Part shown: positions 33,563 through 46,700 of the stretch, piece after piece | Layout: every line of letters begins with the position of its first letter | Numbering within the stretch: position 1 is the stretch's first letter | NCBI GenBank assembly: GCA_965240325.2 | Contig: OZ251222.1 | Coordinates: 930,001-994,000 of the forward strand | Reading direction: 5' to 3' | Length of the DNA stretch: 64,000 nt | DNA from: Rebecca billardiae RCC1528 | Lineage: Eukaryota > Protista > Haptophyta | Translations under genes and position numbers: made by a program | Notes under the pieces: model-generated | What the model saw: only the letters and a program-made list of their open reading frames with translations | Databases searched by the model: none | Told to the model about the DNA's origin: nothing

Positions 33563-34185
33563 TATTGATGGTGCAAGAAAACCTAGAGCCCCGGCCCAGC
33601 GCGGGAAGCGGCGACACCGCCCTGCGGCGTGGTTCGCCCCGCGCTTGTGGGGGCTAGCGGCTTGCGCATCGCCATCGGAGGAAGTTCTTGGCGCCTGTGG
33701 GATGCTCGTGAAGTGCGTTTGCCCGCGCGAGCACGCGAGGGGTGCATTCCTCTCGCTCGCCTCGCGCCGGCGCGCGTGCGTGCGCTCGTTCGGAACAGCA
33801 TGTTGAACCCCGCGATCACGACCGCGTGAAGCCCACGCACGTGACATTGTGCCGGATGACAGGGCGCCTGGGGCCGGGCAAGTATACTACGGATGCATAC
33901 GTCGGGATGACATCGTATGCCACCCTCGCTAGTGCACCGAATGCCCCTGATGTGCTGTCCCGCGTGCATCACGACCGTCCGCGTGCCGTCGTCGAGAGTG
34001 ACCCACCCAACTTCAGACTGCAATATTAGGTCCCAGGGTGATGCTCAGGTCCCCGGGGGTGTTGGGCCTGTATCATGGTGTCAGGGAGACCCAGAATGAC
34101 TTATTCGCCGGATGGCCATCATACCGCTGAGACCTAATATACCCGTGTAACGGTCGGGGCTCTAGGTTTTCTTGCACCATCAATA
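33563..34185. mobile_element. MITE copy 1 (~620 bp, probable TA target site)
   Basis: Perfect ~30-bp TIR TATTGATGGTGCAAGAAAACCTAGAGCCCCG; near-identical inverted copy at 41963-42588. Confidence 0.92.
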
Positions 34186-34343
34186 CTGGACACCGATCGA
34201 TGAGAGTTTCCAGGTGGAGCTCATCGAGTCATCGGACACGCGTCTCGAAATTCGCCGCCCGCCGCCCCGCCAACGGGCGGACGCTTGATGCGTTGCAACC
34301 GCCCGAGCCGGCCACTCACGCCCACTTGGACCCAGCCGCCGTC

Positions 34344-36503
34344 ATGAAGTTCAAGGGCAAGGCGCTCTCCGTCGACACGGTTTCGCCCACGGGTACCACG
34401 CGAAAGACGTGGCTAGCCATCCCGGTGCACATCAAGAAGGGCGACTCGCGCTTGCTCTCGCCCCGCGGGAGGCATACGCCGCGTGCGGTGGCTAGCAGTC
34501 CGCAGGCAACCACCACAATCACCCTCTTCAACGATGGGCTGCGGATGGACGCGGTGGGGAGTGCCAAGCTCGGGCGTGCAGTGCACTCGCCTGTCTTACT
34601 CTCGCCCCTGCAGGCCCCGCGCTCGCCGAGGCTGCTGCACATCAGCTCGCCTCGCGTGCTGCGGAGCGATGTGCGTGCGCGTGGGCTCGCGCAGCTGGCC
34701 GGACGGCCCTCCAAGCTTGCGAGGCTGCCTGCGTTGATCAACGCGGGCTCGCAAGACATGTCGCAAAATGTTCGCGTGGACGCGGCCCGCTCCGCACGCG
34801 CGGGCGCGGGAGCGCCCGCCGTGATTCCGGTGGCGCCCTCGTCGTTGCGTCAGTCTCGGATCCCACCGACACCGCCCCTGCGGGCGCCGCTGCCACATCC
34901 ACTGCGGGGGCTCGCGAGCGTTCCGACCTCGCCTCCGAAGCTGGCGGGGCGTGGTCTTGCAGGAGGCCAGTCTCGCTCACTGCAGCAGACCCCACGTGGG
35001 CCGCAGCCGCCGCAGCACGTGACGGGCGCGGGCCCGAGCGGCCAGCCGGCTCAGCGCCAGGCCTGCACAGACCATGCCTGTGTGCCCCCCCCTCCGCTGC
35101 CGGTGGCGATCACGACATCGGGCAGCCCGCCTGGCGAGGCGTCTTCGCGGCGCTCGCCCTCTCCCGCAGCTGCGCAGGCGGGGCCGACTCCGGCGCCTGC
35201 CCTCCCATTGCGCCCATGTCGCGTCGCGTCACGCCCGCGGGTGCGCCCGCCGCCCAGCCTGCCGAGCCCGTTCGCTCAGCGGCGTGGAGGGGAAGCCCAC
35301 TCGGGCGCAGCGGCGGCGCAGGCCGCGGCCGTCCCCGCAGCCTCTCGCGGCGCCTGCAATGGCGAGCAGCTCGACGACCCCCACGTGCAGCTGATGGCCC
35401 TCCACCCGAGCACCTCCAATGCCGCGGCTCCCGGCGCACGGCCAGGCCACCGGCGCACGCTGACGCAGCCGCACGCTGTGCCCCGGCTGCGCATGCGGAG
35501 TCCCAGCCTCGCATCGCCGCCGGCAGCGCAAGGCATGCCGGGCGCGCGGCAGGCGCGGAGGCCGCGCACCTCGAGCGAGGCCGTCTCCGCGCTCGCTACC
35601 GCCTCGATCAACGTCGCCGGCAGCCCGGTCACCGACCTGGCCGCTCGGCTGCAATACCACGACATCGACGCCGAGCTCGCGGCCACGCCGCCCGCACCGG
35701 CAGAGGCGGACGCACCCGTGCCGGCGGCGGCAGCTTCGCACCAGGCGGGCGACGACGCGTCACGGAAGCTGGCGCGGATGAGGTCGGCGCCCGACGTGCC
35801 CGAGCCGCGCGCCGGGAGTCTGCTGGGCCGGACGCGGCGCAGGCCCTCACCGTCGGCGCGCGCGCGGAACGCACGCAAGGTGGTCGGGCGCTCTTCCGAG
35901 TATAACCACGAGGCTCTGGCGCAGCAAGCGTTCGCCACGTCAATGTCGCTGCGGATCGAGCTGCGCGGACGCGCGATCGCCTCGGCCGAGGCCGCCGGCG
36001 CCGCGTGGGAGGAGCTCAAAGCCGCCGTGGCGGACGGCGCGGCGCTCGGCCGAGAGCTGCTCGGCGCGGCGGCGCGAATGGATGAGCGCCCCTTCACCCT
36101 CTACCAGGCCCTGCTGCGCGGCGCGCGTGCCGCGGGCGTCGATGGCGACGACCAGGTGATGGCCTCGCCGCCGCTTGTGCGGCGCTCGCCCGGCTCGGTG
36201 CGCGCGGGCTGCAGCGACGGTGGCGAGCGCGTTCCAGCTCGCGTGCTGGCCGCCTTTGGCATCGACCCGTCCGATGACTTGGCGGTGGCGCGTGCATGCA
36301 GGCGAGTGGTGGCGCTCAAGCGAGCGGTCAGGCTCAAGCTCGAGGACGACAACGACCTCAGGCTCGCGCTCGCCGCCCTCGAAGAAGCTGCTGCCTTCCT
36401 CGATGACGTTCGAGCTGCCGCTGCCGCGGAAAATATCGACCCGTCGGCCGTGCTGGCACGTCTTCTCGCGGGAGTCACGCCGTCACAACGGTACGAATCG
36501 TAG
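34344..36503 (+). CDS. Hypothetical Pro/Ala/Ser-rich protein with a helical C-terminal region
   Basis: 720-codon ORF with protein-like codon usage in the C-terminal third; no family recognised. Confidence 0.6.
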   Translation: MKFKGKALSVDTVSPTGTTRKTWLAIPVHIKKGDSRLLSPRGRHTPRAVASSPQATTTITLFNDGLRMDAVGSAKLGRAVHSPVLLSPLQAPRSPRLLHISSPRVLRSDVRARGLAQLAGRPSKLARLPALINAGSQDMSQNVRVDAARSARAGAGAPAVIPVAPSSLRQSRIPPTPPLRAPLPHPLRGLASVPTSPPKLAGRGLAGGQSRSLQQTPRGPQPPQHVTGAGPSGQPAQRQACTDHACVPPPPLPVAITTSGSPPGEASSRRSPSPAAAQAGPTPAPALPLRPCRVASRPRVRPPPSLPSPFAQRRGGEAHSGAAAAQAAAVPAASRGACNGEQLDDPHVQLMALHPSTSNAAAPGARPGHRRTLTQPHAVPRLRMRSPSLASPPAAQGMPGARQARRPRTSSEAVSALATASINVAGSPVTDLAARLQYHDIDAELAATPPAPAEADAPVPAAAASHQAGDDASRKLARMRSAPDVPEPRAGSLLGRTRRRPSPSARARNARKVVGRSSEYNHEALAQQAFATSMSLRIELRGRAIASAEAAGAAWEELKAAVADGAALGRELLGAAARMDERPFTLYQALLRGARAAGVDGDDQVMASPPLVRRSPGSVRAGCSDGGERVPARVLAAFGIDPSDDLAVARACRRVVALKRAVRLKLEDDNDLRLALAALEEAAAFLDDVRAAAAAENIDPSAVLARLLAGVTPSQRYES

Positions 36504-37299
36504 TTCACTGCTTGCCCAGAGTCGTCCAAGCTATTAGCTAGACAGCAGCTGCAGCAATATGTGCAGTAGCTACCAGCGTCAGCGTGCGTACCGATGATAG
36601 TCGTCGGCTACTACTCGTCGTAGCTAATTAGCGCCCTGATGATGAATCAATAATAAGCATCATCATATTGCCGCATAACTAATAACGCGGCTGCCAGCCA
36701 TTATTAAGCATCCGGTCACGAATATATATATAAACTCCGCGTCGTGCTGTGACGATCACGATGATAGCTTATACAGTTTACTAAGAATAAGAGACGTACA
36801 CAGCTTAGGCGGCAGGTGAGATTAGGCGTCGTCGTCACTACAGCCTTAGCTATTATAAGCTACAGGCCGCCGGACAATTAGTGCTGACGCCTCTGTAGTG
36901 ACGTAGCTATGCTCACTAAATTTTAAGAATATCACGATTCACGCGCGACGACTAACTATATATATATATGTCTAGCCACTCCGTCATGCCCGGCTCGTAC
37001 AAGGCGTCGGGTACGAATGGACTCTGGAGCTGGATGGTCGCGGCGCGCGGCGTCGTGGAGTAGACAGACCACAATGATCAATCATGGAACGATCAGGTTA
37101 GCTATGTAGTTGGGATTTGAGCAACGAACGACAGCGGGCGCTGGCAGCGGCGTGGCGGTTGAGCTGCTGCCCGAGGTCGAGAGGGCGCCCGCGAGTAAAC
37201 GATGAAGCGTGCGGGTTGACGCGACAGCGGCGAGAGCAGGAGACCATATTGCATGAGGGGCGACGCGGCGAAGACAGTAGATGATGTCGTCGCGCCGCC

Positions 37300-37669
37300 G
37301 AACGATCAGGCGGGGAGCCGGGCCACACAGACAGCCAGCGACCTTACCGAGCAGAGGGGCTGCGCGACTGCGGTGCACCTCCTGCAGCGGAGAGTGCACC
37401 CGGCAGTGCTCGATGCAGGCGATTCCCTTGCCCAGCTCGGCGCCTTCGTCGTGAGCAGCCCCATGGCGCCCCCGAGAGCGAAGCCTGATCGATCCGATGT
37501 GAGCGGTAACCAACCGAGTCCTGCAGGTGCGCCCGCTGTGGGCCAGATTGGCAGCGCACCAGGACTCCTGCGCGCGGCGGTGCGCACAGGACAACGCAGG
37601 AATGCCGTGCGAGCCGGATTCTTGGCGTCGCTCATAGACACTCAGTTATAGGTTCCCTATAACGCCACA
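37300..37669. mobile_element. Repeat family member B with a subterminal hairpin (related to 9700-10128)
   Basis: Ends TAGACACTCAGTTATAGGTTCCCTATAACGCCACA|TATA. Confidence 0.6.
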
Positions 37670-38437
37670 TATACATATAGTTATAATGCAGTTTCTATGC
37701 CGACTATCAAAGTCGTGATGAAGACTATTCTAGCTAGAGAGAGAGAGAGAGAGATGGAATGATGCTCGACCGCCGGACCGTTGGGCGAGCAGCCGCCGCC
37801 TTAAAACAGCTTATCTATTGAATTATTATAAATATTGCCATCATCAAGCGCGGCTGCCCGTCACCCGGCGCGCGGGTCCCGGGTTGGCGGTCCGCGGGTG
37901 CGGCGGCGGGTGGCTGGGTGGGCGGGCGTTAGCTAGTGATTTGAACAAGCGGGGGGCCATGGCCATATATATTGATTGAGTCGTCGCGGACGACGTGACC
38001 CGACGATGGCCGATCGCGGAGTCAAGTGTTAATAAGTGACGAATTATAAGTCTAATAACGGTCAGTCACGCGCCGCGACAGTCACGCCTCACGGTGTCGG
38101 CGGTTAATTATTACAGTCGGTATGCACGGACCGTAGCGCAGCTACTATAGCTAGCTAGCAGTGCCGCTAGTAGTCGTAGTACTCCGCCATCAGCCGGTAG
38201 CCAAAGCCGACCGGACTCGCCGACCGGGTAGGCTGCGCCGTTAACTACTACTGCATGAAACTCCGGGCACGGAGTACTCTCTCCGAGCGAGATCACTGAT
38301 ATCAGACGCCATATATATAGAGTGATGAGACAGTAGTATCACGGATGAGCGAGGATGTCATGCTGAGATGTCGTGACAGACAATTCGTTCCTATTACTAG
38401 TTGTACGTACGGTTGCCGGTTATGGACGTCGTCATCA

Positions 38438-39896
38438 TCAGCTCAGATATGACGCCAGGGCTTGGCGCTGCTCGGCGATCTCGGGATCAGAATTCTTAGT
38501 CTCGTCGTCCAGCTTCTGGTAGAGCGCCTCGAAGCGCTGGAAGTGCTCCCTCGCCTTCTCCACCTCGTCATTGTTGTACAGGGTGATCGCGAAGTTGAGC
38601 TCGAAGAGGTGGTCACTGCGCGCGATGTCGCGCCGACCGCAGCGCGCGAGGTGCGCCGCGTGAGCGCGTGCCGGTGGGGACGGCGCGCGAGGCCCCGCCG
38701 CCGCGGCGCTGGTCCCACGCGCGCGCGCACTCTTCCATCTCAATCGCCTTCTCGTACGCGCTGCACGCGTTCTCAAAGTCGTCCAGCCGCGACAGCGTGA
38801 TGGCGAGGTACATGTAGCTCGAGGGGAAGTCGGGCTTGAGGTTGATCGACGACGAGAAGAAGTGGAACGCAGACGCGTACTGGCCCGTGTTCAGGTGGAC
38901 GAGGCCGAGGTTGTACGAGATGATCCACTCGAACGGGTCGAGGTAGAGCGCGCGCTTCAGGCACGCGATCGCCGCCACGTACCGCTGCTTGCCGAAGAAG
39001 CACATCCCGATGTTGTTCCACAGCTGCGCCGAGTTGGGCGTGGCGACCGCGGCGACGCGGTACTTGACGAGCGCCACGTCCATGTCCGAGTGGTCCTGGA
39101 TGATCGAGCCGGCGGCGAGGATCGTCTTGGGGTTCTTGGGGTCGTGGGTGAGCGAGTTCCCCAGGAAGTCGAACGCGCGGTAGTTCTCGCCCAGCCGCAG
39201 GTACAGCAGGCCGACGGTGGTGAGCATTTCCGGGTTGTCGGGCGAGAAGTCGAGCGCCTCCAGGTAGACCTCGATAGCGGTGCGGAAGTCCTCCTGCAGC
39301 GTGTACACCTTGCCGAGCTGCATGTACGTGGCGTCGTGCTGCTGGATCGAGTTCGCCTGCTTGAAGCAGTCGATCGCGCGCTCGTGCTGCTTGAGGTACA
39401 TCTGGCACAGCCCCTGGTTGTGCCACACCTCCCAGTCATCCTCGTTCAGCCGCATCGCCTCTCTGTACACGTCCAGCGCGGCCTTGTGCTTGCCGAGGAG
39501 GTAGAGCGAGCGGCCGACCTGCTTCAGGTTGTTGATGTTGTTCGGATTCAGGCAGGTCGCCGCCTGGAAGAGCTGCAGAGAGTCCTGGATCTCGCCGCGT
39601 TGCCTCTTGATCAGCGCTGCGCGGCGCGCGGGCCGCATCGCGAGCCGCACGCGGCTGCGCGTCAGAGCGCGCGGCGCGCACGCGCGGGTGCCGGCGCAGC
39701 GTGGCATGGGGTGCGCCGCACGCGCCGGCCGCCCACCTTTCACGTAGATCGGGTACTCGCACAGGCCGTTGTACTCCTTGAGCTGCTCCTCGATCCGCCT
39801 CAGGCACTCGTCGTAGTCCTGGTGGATGTACAGCACGTGGATCAGCCAGTTCGCGCGCTCGCGCAGCATGCTGGCGGCGCTATCGGGCGCGGACAT
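38438..39896 (-). CDS. BBS4: Bardet-Biedl syndrome 4 TPR protein; exons 39896-39737, 39616-38731, 38615-38438
   Basis: NWLIH.LY, GLCEY..YVK, NLKQVGRSL.LLGKHKAA, LWNNIGMCFFGK..YVAAI.CLKRA.YL.PFEW, QYASAFHF motifs. GT-AG introns of 120 and 115 nt. Confidence 0.96.
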
Positions 39897-40149
39897 GCCT
39901 CACGAGGCCGCCCTGGCCCGGCGGCACCAAGGCCCGGCGGCTGCGCGGCTCCGCCCTCGCCCTCGTGGCGGTTGTGAGCAGCAATGGCTGCCCGCTGCAC
40001 CGAAAGTCGTGCGTGCGGAGCAGTGGCGCGCCGCCCGTTGGCGCTGGCCGGGGCGGCTGCCGTGCGTGCGCGAGCGCCCGCCTCGCGTCGCGCGTCCTGC
40101 GCGCAGAGCGCGCGCTCGGCCGCGTGAGACGCGGCACAGTCTAGGCTGA

Positions 40150-41240
40150 CATGCATATGGCCCTCCTCGCGCCGCGCAACGCCGCCCATGCCCATCGCCG
40201 CTCGCACGCGCAGGCCTGCCGTGCACGGCTTGGGCTTGTCCGCACCGGTTGGGGGCGGCGCGCGGGGCCGAGGGCTCGGCCGGTGATGCGGCCGTGGGCC
40301 AGGCCAAGACTTGGCGAAGACGTGGGTAGTACCACCACCTGCCCGCATTCCGAGCCTCGCCGTCAGAGTGTACGTGCGAGGCGCGCTGTCGTGGTCGGCA
40401 GGTGAGGCGCTGCGGCTGCGCTCGCCTTCTGCGGAGCGGGCAGCGGAAGTACCGGCAGGCGCGCACACACACAGCGGGGCTATAGAGCTGCTTCCGGCTG
40501 AGTAGATCGACGACGCATGACCATGCCTTGGTCTGGGAGGCGTGTCCGGGTTCGGAGGCCGATGAATGCTCGGCGCGGACCCAGATGTCTTGCCGGGCAC
40601 GGAGGCTCGACAGCTCTGGCAGCCAGTCTCAAGGATGAGTGGCAGAGCACTCGCCGTCGTGCTGGCAGGCTCAACCACCGGGCCGATGGCCACGTCTCGG
40701 CCGAGACCCGACCAGTCCGCGAGTCCACCGTAGCCTCCTGCTGCCGTCGACCTGCCGCCCAAGGCCCGCGGCCGACGGGCCGCTCGGACTCTCGGAGAGG
40801 CCAGAGGAGACAGACACTAGGAGCAGGCTGCCGGGCGGGCTCGGCGGCGGCGAGGATGGTGGGGATGGAGGCGGGTTCGGCGGCGGAAGCGGCGGAGGGG
40901 GGTTCGGCGGCGGAAGAGGCGGAGGCGGGCTTGATAGCGGGCGCTCGGCGGAGGCGAGGTTTGCGGGTTAGGTGCCGGTGATGGTGGTGGGCTCAGCCTC
41001 AGCGGCGAGCTCGCCGGTGGCGACTGTGGCTGACTCGGCGGTGGGATCGGCTGCCGGCTTAGTGGCGGCGCCGGCGGCGGCAACAGCGGGGGGTTCGGCA
41101 GCGAGCTCGGCGGCGGGGTCGGCGGCAGTGCTGATGGCGGCGGTGATGGTAGCGGGCTTGGTGGCGGCGATGTGGGCAACGACGGCTGCGGGCGAATCTT
41201 CGGGGAGCGAATCTTCTGGGGGTGATGATGTGGGCTGTGG
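40150..41240 (-). pseudogene. Frameshifted Ser/Pro-rich (SPPP-linker) surface-protein remnant
   Basis: PSPPPS/PPPNPPP tracts are split between frames, with stops in the adjoining sequence. Confidence 0.35.
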
Positions 41241-41962
41241 GCAACGACGGCGCCGACGCCGCAACGGATACCCAGACACGAAGCAGGACTCTGCGGGCTC
41301 GTTGCGTCACTTTGGGAAGGCTTATTAGTCCGTGAGAGAGATAATCGTCAATACCGCCGTCGATTCTGGTAGAGTTCAAAGAGCTGACTTCGACTGACTC
41401 AGCGACTGTAGCCGTAGGCATCACGCGGTAATCAAACGCACTGGTCGCCGCCTGTGTAATTACCGACTCACGGCCACCTGTAGCCTCGTAATGACAGCGA
41501 CACTCGCAGAGGCTCAGCCACGCACCAAGCAAGGTCGCCGGGTGCACGAGAGCCCGGTGGGCATAGTTGCGGCGGAGCCGCGCCGAGAGACTGCGACTAT
41601 GCACAAAGACGTATGCATCGGGATTCGCCATTCGGGGCGCGGGACGCCGGTCGAAGGAGAGCAGATCCTCCAGCACTCTCGATCGGCGCTCCACCGGCGC
41701 ATGGACCATCATGGACACCTCCGACCGACCAATCTCAAACGCCTGCTTGGTCGACTCCATCGGATGCGTCCGAGGACGCCCTTCGCGCGATGCCAGGCGA
41801 TCGCGTAAATACACGATCAGATAAGAGACGCACACAGCTCAGGCAACATCAGTACTGCTGCAAGCAGCCTTCATCGATTCGGCGGAAGCGATCCGCTCAG
41901 AAAGTACCAAGATCGTCGTCATCCTACCAGCTACTGTACCTGCGAGACTGAGAGGCGGTGCA

Positions 41963-42588
41963 TATTGATGGTGCAAGAAAACCTAGAAGAGCCCCGACCG
42001 TTACACGGGTATATTAGGTCTCAGCGGCATGATGGCCATCCGGCGAATAAGTCATTCTGGGTCTCCCTGACACCATGATACAGGCCCAACACCCCCGGGG
42101 ACCCGAGCATCACCCTGGGACCTAATATTGCAGTCTGAAGTTGGGTGGGTCACTCTCGACGACGGCACGCGGACGGTCGTGATGCACGCGGGACAGCACA
42201 TCAGGGGCATTCGGTGCACTAGCGAGGGTGGCATACGATGTCATCCCGACGTATGCATCCGTAGTATACTTGCCCGGCCCCAGGCGCCCTGTCATCCGGC
42301 ACAATGTCACGTGCGTGGGCTTCACGCGGTCGTGATCGCGGGGTTCAACATGCTGTTCCGAACGAGCGCACGCACGCGCGCCGGCGCGAGGCGAGCGAGA
42401 GGAATGCACCCCTCGCGTGCTCGCGCGGGCAAACGCACTTCACGAGCATCCCACAGGCGCCAAGAACTTCCTCCGATGGCGATGCGCAAGCCGCTAGCCC
42501 CCACAAGCGCGGGGCGAACCACGCCGCAGGGCGGTGTCGCCGCTTCCCGCGCTGGGCCGGGGCTCTAGGTTTTCTTGCACCATCAATA
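41963..42588. mobile_element. MITE copy 2 (inverted relative to 33563-34185)
   Basis: Same TIRs (3-nt insertion in one) and near-identical internal sequence. Confidence 0.92.
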
Positions 42589-43234
42589 CAGCTTACTAAG
42601 AATAATAAGAGACGCACACAGCTCAGGCAGGCGAGATTACAGTTTACTATTAATATATATATTAATATATATATATATATATATATTAACGGCGTGGTAT
42701 GCAACGGGCAGGCGTCAGAGTCAGCAAGCTGTAGCAGCAGATCGAGCAGCAGAGACAAACACCAGGATCAGCGCTCCTCGCCGTCGTCCCCCCCCCCCTC
42801 GTAGTCGCCCATCACTCTGACATCGCCGAGCGGAAGCTCGACGCACCGTCTGGCGTCGACGCGCGCGCGCCACCGCGGTGGTCGCGGTGCCACGCGTCGT
42901 CAGCCGTCGTCTCGAAGTATAAAGAATAAGAGACGCACACAGCAGTGTCGTTAAATCATACCGGAATGAGTAGAACCGTGCCGCGTGCGCCAAGGCCCTT
43001 GCGTGCGCGACGATCTCAACCCCCCCCTTTCATTCCTTTGATCTCAACATCAGCGCGTGTGTTACCTCTACTTACTAGTAGTAGTTCATAATTAACGTAT
43101 CTAGTAGTAATTTATTAACGTATGGCTGATGACGCTGAAGCCCGGCCCGGGTGCGAAACGCATCAGGGATCTGTTACTGCAGCCCAGCCCGGCTCGCGCT
43201 CCTCCCCGTCGACGTCGACGACGAGCACGCCGCC

Positions 43235-43725
43235 ATGCAGCTCCGCGCCGCCGCCCTCAGCGCGCTGGTCGCGGGGGCGAGCGCCTTCACCTCAACGCCG
43301 CCCCCGTGCGACGTGACGGTCGACCGCGACGTGCCGCTTACGTGCAGCAGCGCGGTGCGCGGCGCGACGGTGAACGCGCGCAACACGACGGGCGACGACG
43401 CCGGCGACCACTTCTACGCGCTCTCGCTGAGCAGCCTCGGGCTGGGCTCGGCGACGAGCGTGACGGTCGACGCGTGCAACTCCGACTTCGCCGCCACGCT
43501 CCGCGTGTGGCGCGGCTGCGGCACGGGCGGGCTCGCGCTGACGGCGAGCTCGTCGCCGGCGGCCGAGGCGAGGAGCATCTCGTGCTACTCGCGGCAGCAG
43601 GACTCGACGCTGTCGTGGATCGGCTCGGTGAGCTTCGACATCGAGGCCGACGCGACCTACTATGTCCAGGTCGAGGGCGAGGACAACGCCGAGGGCAAGT
43701 ACGTGCTCAATCTCCACTGCAGCGA

Positions 43726-43757
<32 letters not shown>

Positions 43758-46700
43758 CGAGCCCGCCGCCGCCAAACCCGCCGCCGAGCCCACCGAGCCC
43801 GCCGCCGCCGTCGACGCCGCCGCCGAGCCCGCCGCCGAGCCCACCGCCGCCCACCCCGCCGCCCTCTCCGCCCTCCTCGCCGCCGCCGCCGAGCCCGCCG
43901 CCCGCGCCGTGCTTCCCGGTCGACATCCCGCACGCGCTGGTCTGCAACTACCAAGTCTCGGGCACGACGATGGGCGCGCCGCAGTTCGACGGGCAGATGC
44001 GGCGCTCGCGCTTCTACAAGGTGAGCGCCGACTCGCTCGGCATCAGCGCCGGCTCGCGCATCACCGTCAACTCGTGCGACACGCTCTTCCCGCACTCGCT
44101 GACGGTGCACGCCGACTGCCCGTCGCGCTCGACCTCGCGCGTGCTCGCGCCGGGCGCCGACGAGGACTACGCTGCGCACACCTCGTCCTACTTCACCGAT
44201 TGCACGTCCGCGGCGCGCGGCGCGAGCTTCAGCCTCCTCGCCAGCGTCGACTACTACGTCGAGATCCGCGGCGACGACGTGGACGGCCCCTTCAAGCTCG
44301 CGATCCGCGACTGCCTCAAGCCGAGCCCGCCGCCGCTGCCGCCCAGCCCGCCGAGCCCGCCCAGCTCGCCGCCCAGCCCGCCGCCCAGCCTGCCGCCCAG
44401 CCCGCCGCCCGGACCGCCGCCCAGCCCGCCCAAGCCGCCGCCCAGCCCGCCGCCGCCGCCCAGCCCGCCCAAGCCGCCGCCGCCGCCGCCGAGCCCGCCC
44501 GCGCCGCCGCCGCCGTGCGGCCTTGCACCGGTCAACCGCGGCGGCACGCTCCGTTGCGACAGCGGCTACGTGCGCGGCTCGACGGAGGACAACGTCGGGA
44601 CCGGCAACTCGTACATCCACTGGTACCATGTCAACACGGAGAGCGCGGGCGGCGTGCTGCGCGACAACGGCGGCGTGATGGCCGTCGACTCGTGCATCTC
44701 CGACTACGACACGTGGATCGACATCTTCCGCGGCTGCCCCGGCGGCAACGGCGAGCTGATCGAGACCAACGACGACCGCGGTGATTCACTCGCAGGGTGC
44801 GACGACCTCAGCTCACGCGCCACCTTCCAAGTCGAGCCGGGCGTCGACTACTACATCCGGCTGTGGGGCTTTGGGACCAACGAGGGCAAGTACACGCTGC
44901 AGGCGCTCTGCGGTATCTCACCCAGCCCGCCGCCGCCGCCGCCGCCGCCGAGCCCGCCTCCGCCGTCGCCGAGCCCGCCGCCCCCCCCCCCGGCGCCGCC
45001 GAGCCCGCCGCCGAGCCCGCCGCCGCCAAACCCGCCGCCAAGCCCGCCCGAGCCGCCGCCGAGCCCGCCGCCCAGCCCGCCGCCACCCAGCCCGCCCAGC
45101 CCGCCGCCCAGCCCGCCGCCCAGCCCGCCGCCGCCCAGCCCGCCGAGCCCGCCGCCGAGCCCGCCGCCGCCACCCAACCCGCCGCCGCCGCCGCCGAGCC
45201 CGCCGCCGCCGCCGCCGAGCCCATCACCGCCGCCGCGCGCGTGCGAGTACCGATCGTTCAACCCGGGCGGCGCGCTGCGCTGCGGCGCGACCGTGCGCGG
45301 CGACACGCGCAGCGGCGTCGACCGCGGCGGTGGCGCGTACGAGATTGGGCGCGAGCACGTGTACCGCTTCACCGCCGCGTCGCTCGGCTCGCCGCTGGGC
45401 ATGCGCGTCACCTTGGACACGTGCGGCTCGAGCGAGGACACGGCGCTCCAGCTGTGGCAGGGCTGCCCCAACGCCCCGGGCGCGGTGTCGGTCGCGCTCA
45501 ACGACGACGACAACACGGACATCCGCTGCAACGGCATGAACGCGCGGCTGACGGCGCCGCTTGCCGCGGACACCGAGTACTACCTCGTGGTCGAGGGCCG
45601 CGCCGCGTACCAGGAGGACGGCTGGCCCGCGCTCGTCGAGAACCCGGCCGGTGGCACCTACTTCAACAGGGCCAACGGCCCCTACGCGCTCACCGTCGTC
45701 GACTGCGAAGCGCCGCCGCCGCCGCCGAGCCCGAGCCCGCCGCCGCCGTCGTGCGGCGTCTCGCCGCTCAACCGGCCGCGCCGGCTCAGCTGCAGCGAGC
45801 GCGTCGTCGGCGCCGCGCCGCCCGCCGACCAGCCGCTCTTCTTCTCCTTCACGGCGGCCGAGCTTGGCGCCTCGCTGCTCGGGCCGGGCGCCGCCGCGCC
45901 CATCGAGCTGTTCGGCGCGCTGGACACGTGCGGCTCCGACTTCGACGCGAACCTCGAGCTCTACGCCGGCTGCCCGACCACGGCCGGCACGCTCGTGCGC
46001 CGCCGCAGCCTCGGCTCCAAGTGTGGCGCCGACGGCGCGCGCATCGACTTTACCTTCGAGCCGGGCGTGACCTACTACGCGCGGCTGGCCAACGCGGACG
46101 GGCGGATGGGAGGCAACTTTGAGCTGCAGATGTGTAACTGCCGCGTGAACATGCCGCCGAGCCCGCCGAGCCCGCCGCCGCCCGCCCCACCGAGCCCGCC
46201 GCCGCCGTGCGGCTTCTCCATCGGCATGGGCGCGCCGCTCCGCGTGTGCGGCAGCGCGGTCACGGGCAACACCGCGCGGCCGGGCGCGACGAGCATCCGC
46301 GGCAGCGAGGCGAACGACGGTTTCCACCGCATCGACACGCGTTTGATCGGCACGGCCGCGATCACGCGCGTGACGCTCGACCTCTGCTCGCCGGGCTTCG
46401 ACCGCCCCGGCGCGCGCTTCGACACGGTGATGCGGCTGTGGAAGGGGTGCCCGCGCACGGGCTACGTCGTGGAGCAGGTGGCGATGAACGACGACGACTC
46501 GACCGACGAGCGCTGCAACGGGCGCAACTCGCGCCTGCAGGTTGCGCTCGAGCCAGGCGAGATGTACTGGGTGCACGTCGAGGGGTTCGGCGGCGAGGAG
46601 GGCGCGTACACGCTCTCGCTCCTCGACTGCGCCGTGCCGAGCCCGCCGCCCAGCCCGCCGCCGCCGCCGCCGCGCCCGCCGCCGAGCCCGCCGCCGCCCT

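Noticed and set aside
33583-34029. ORFs inside the 620-bp MITE
   Set aside because: No transposase motifs; they are conserved only because the copies are recent.
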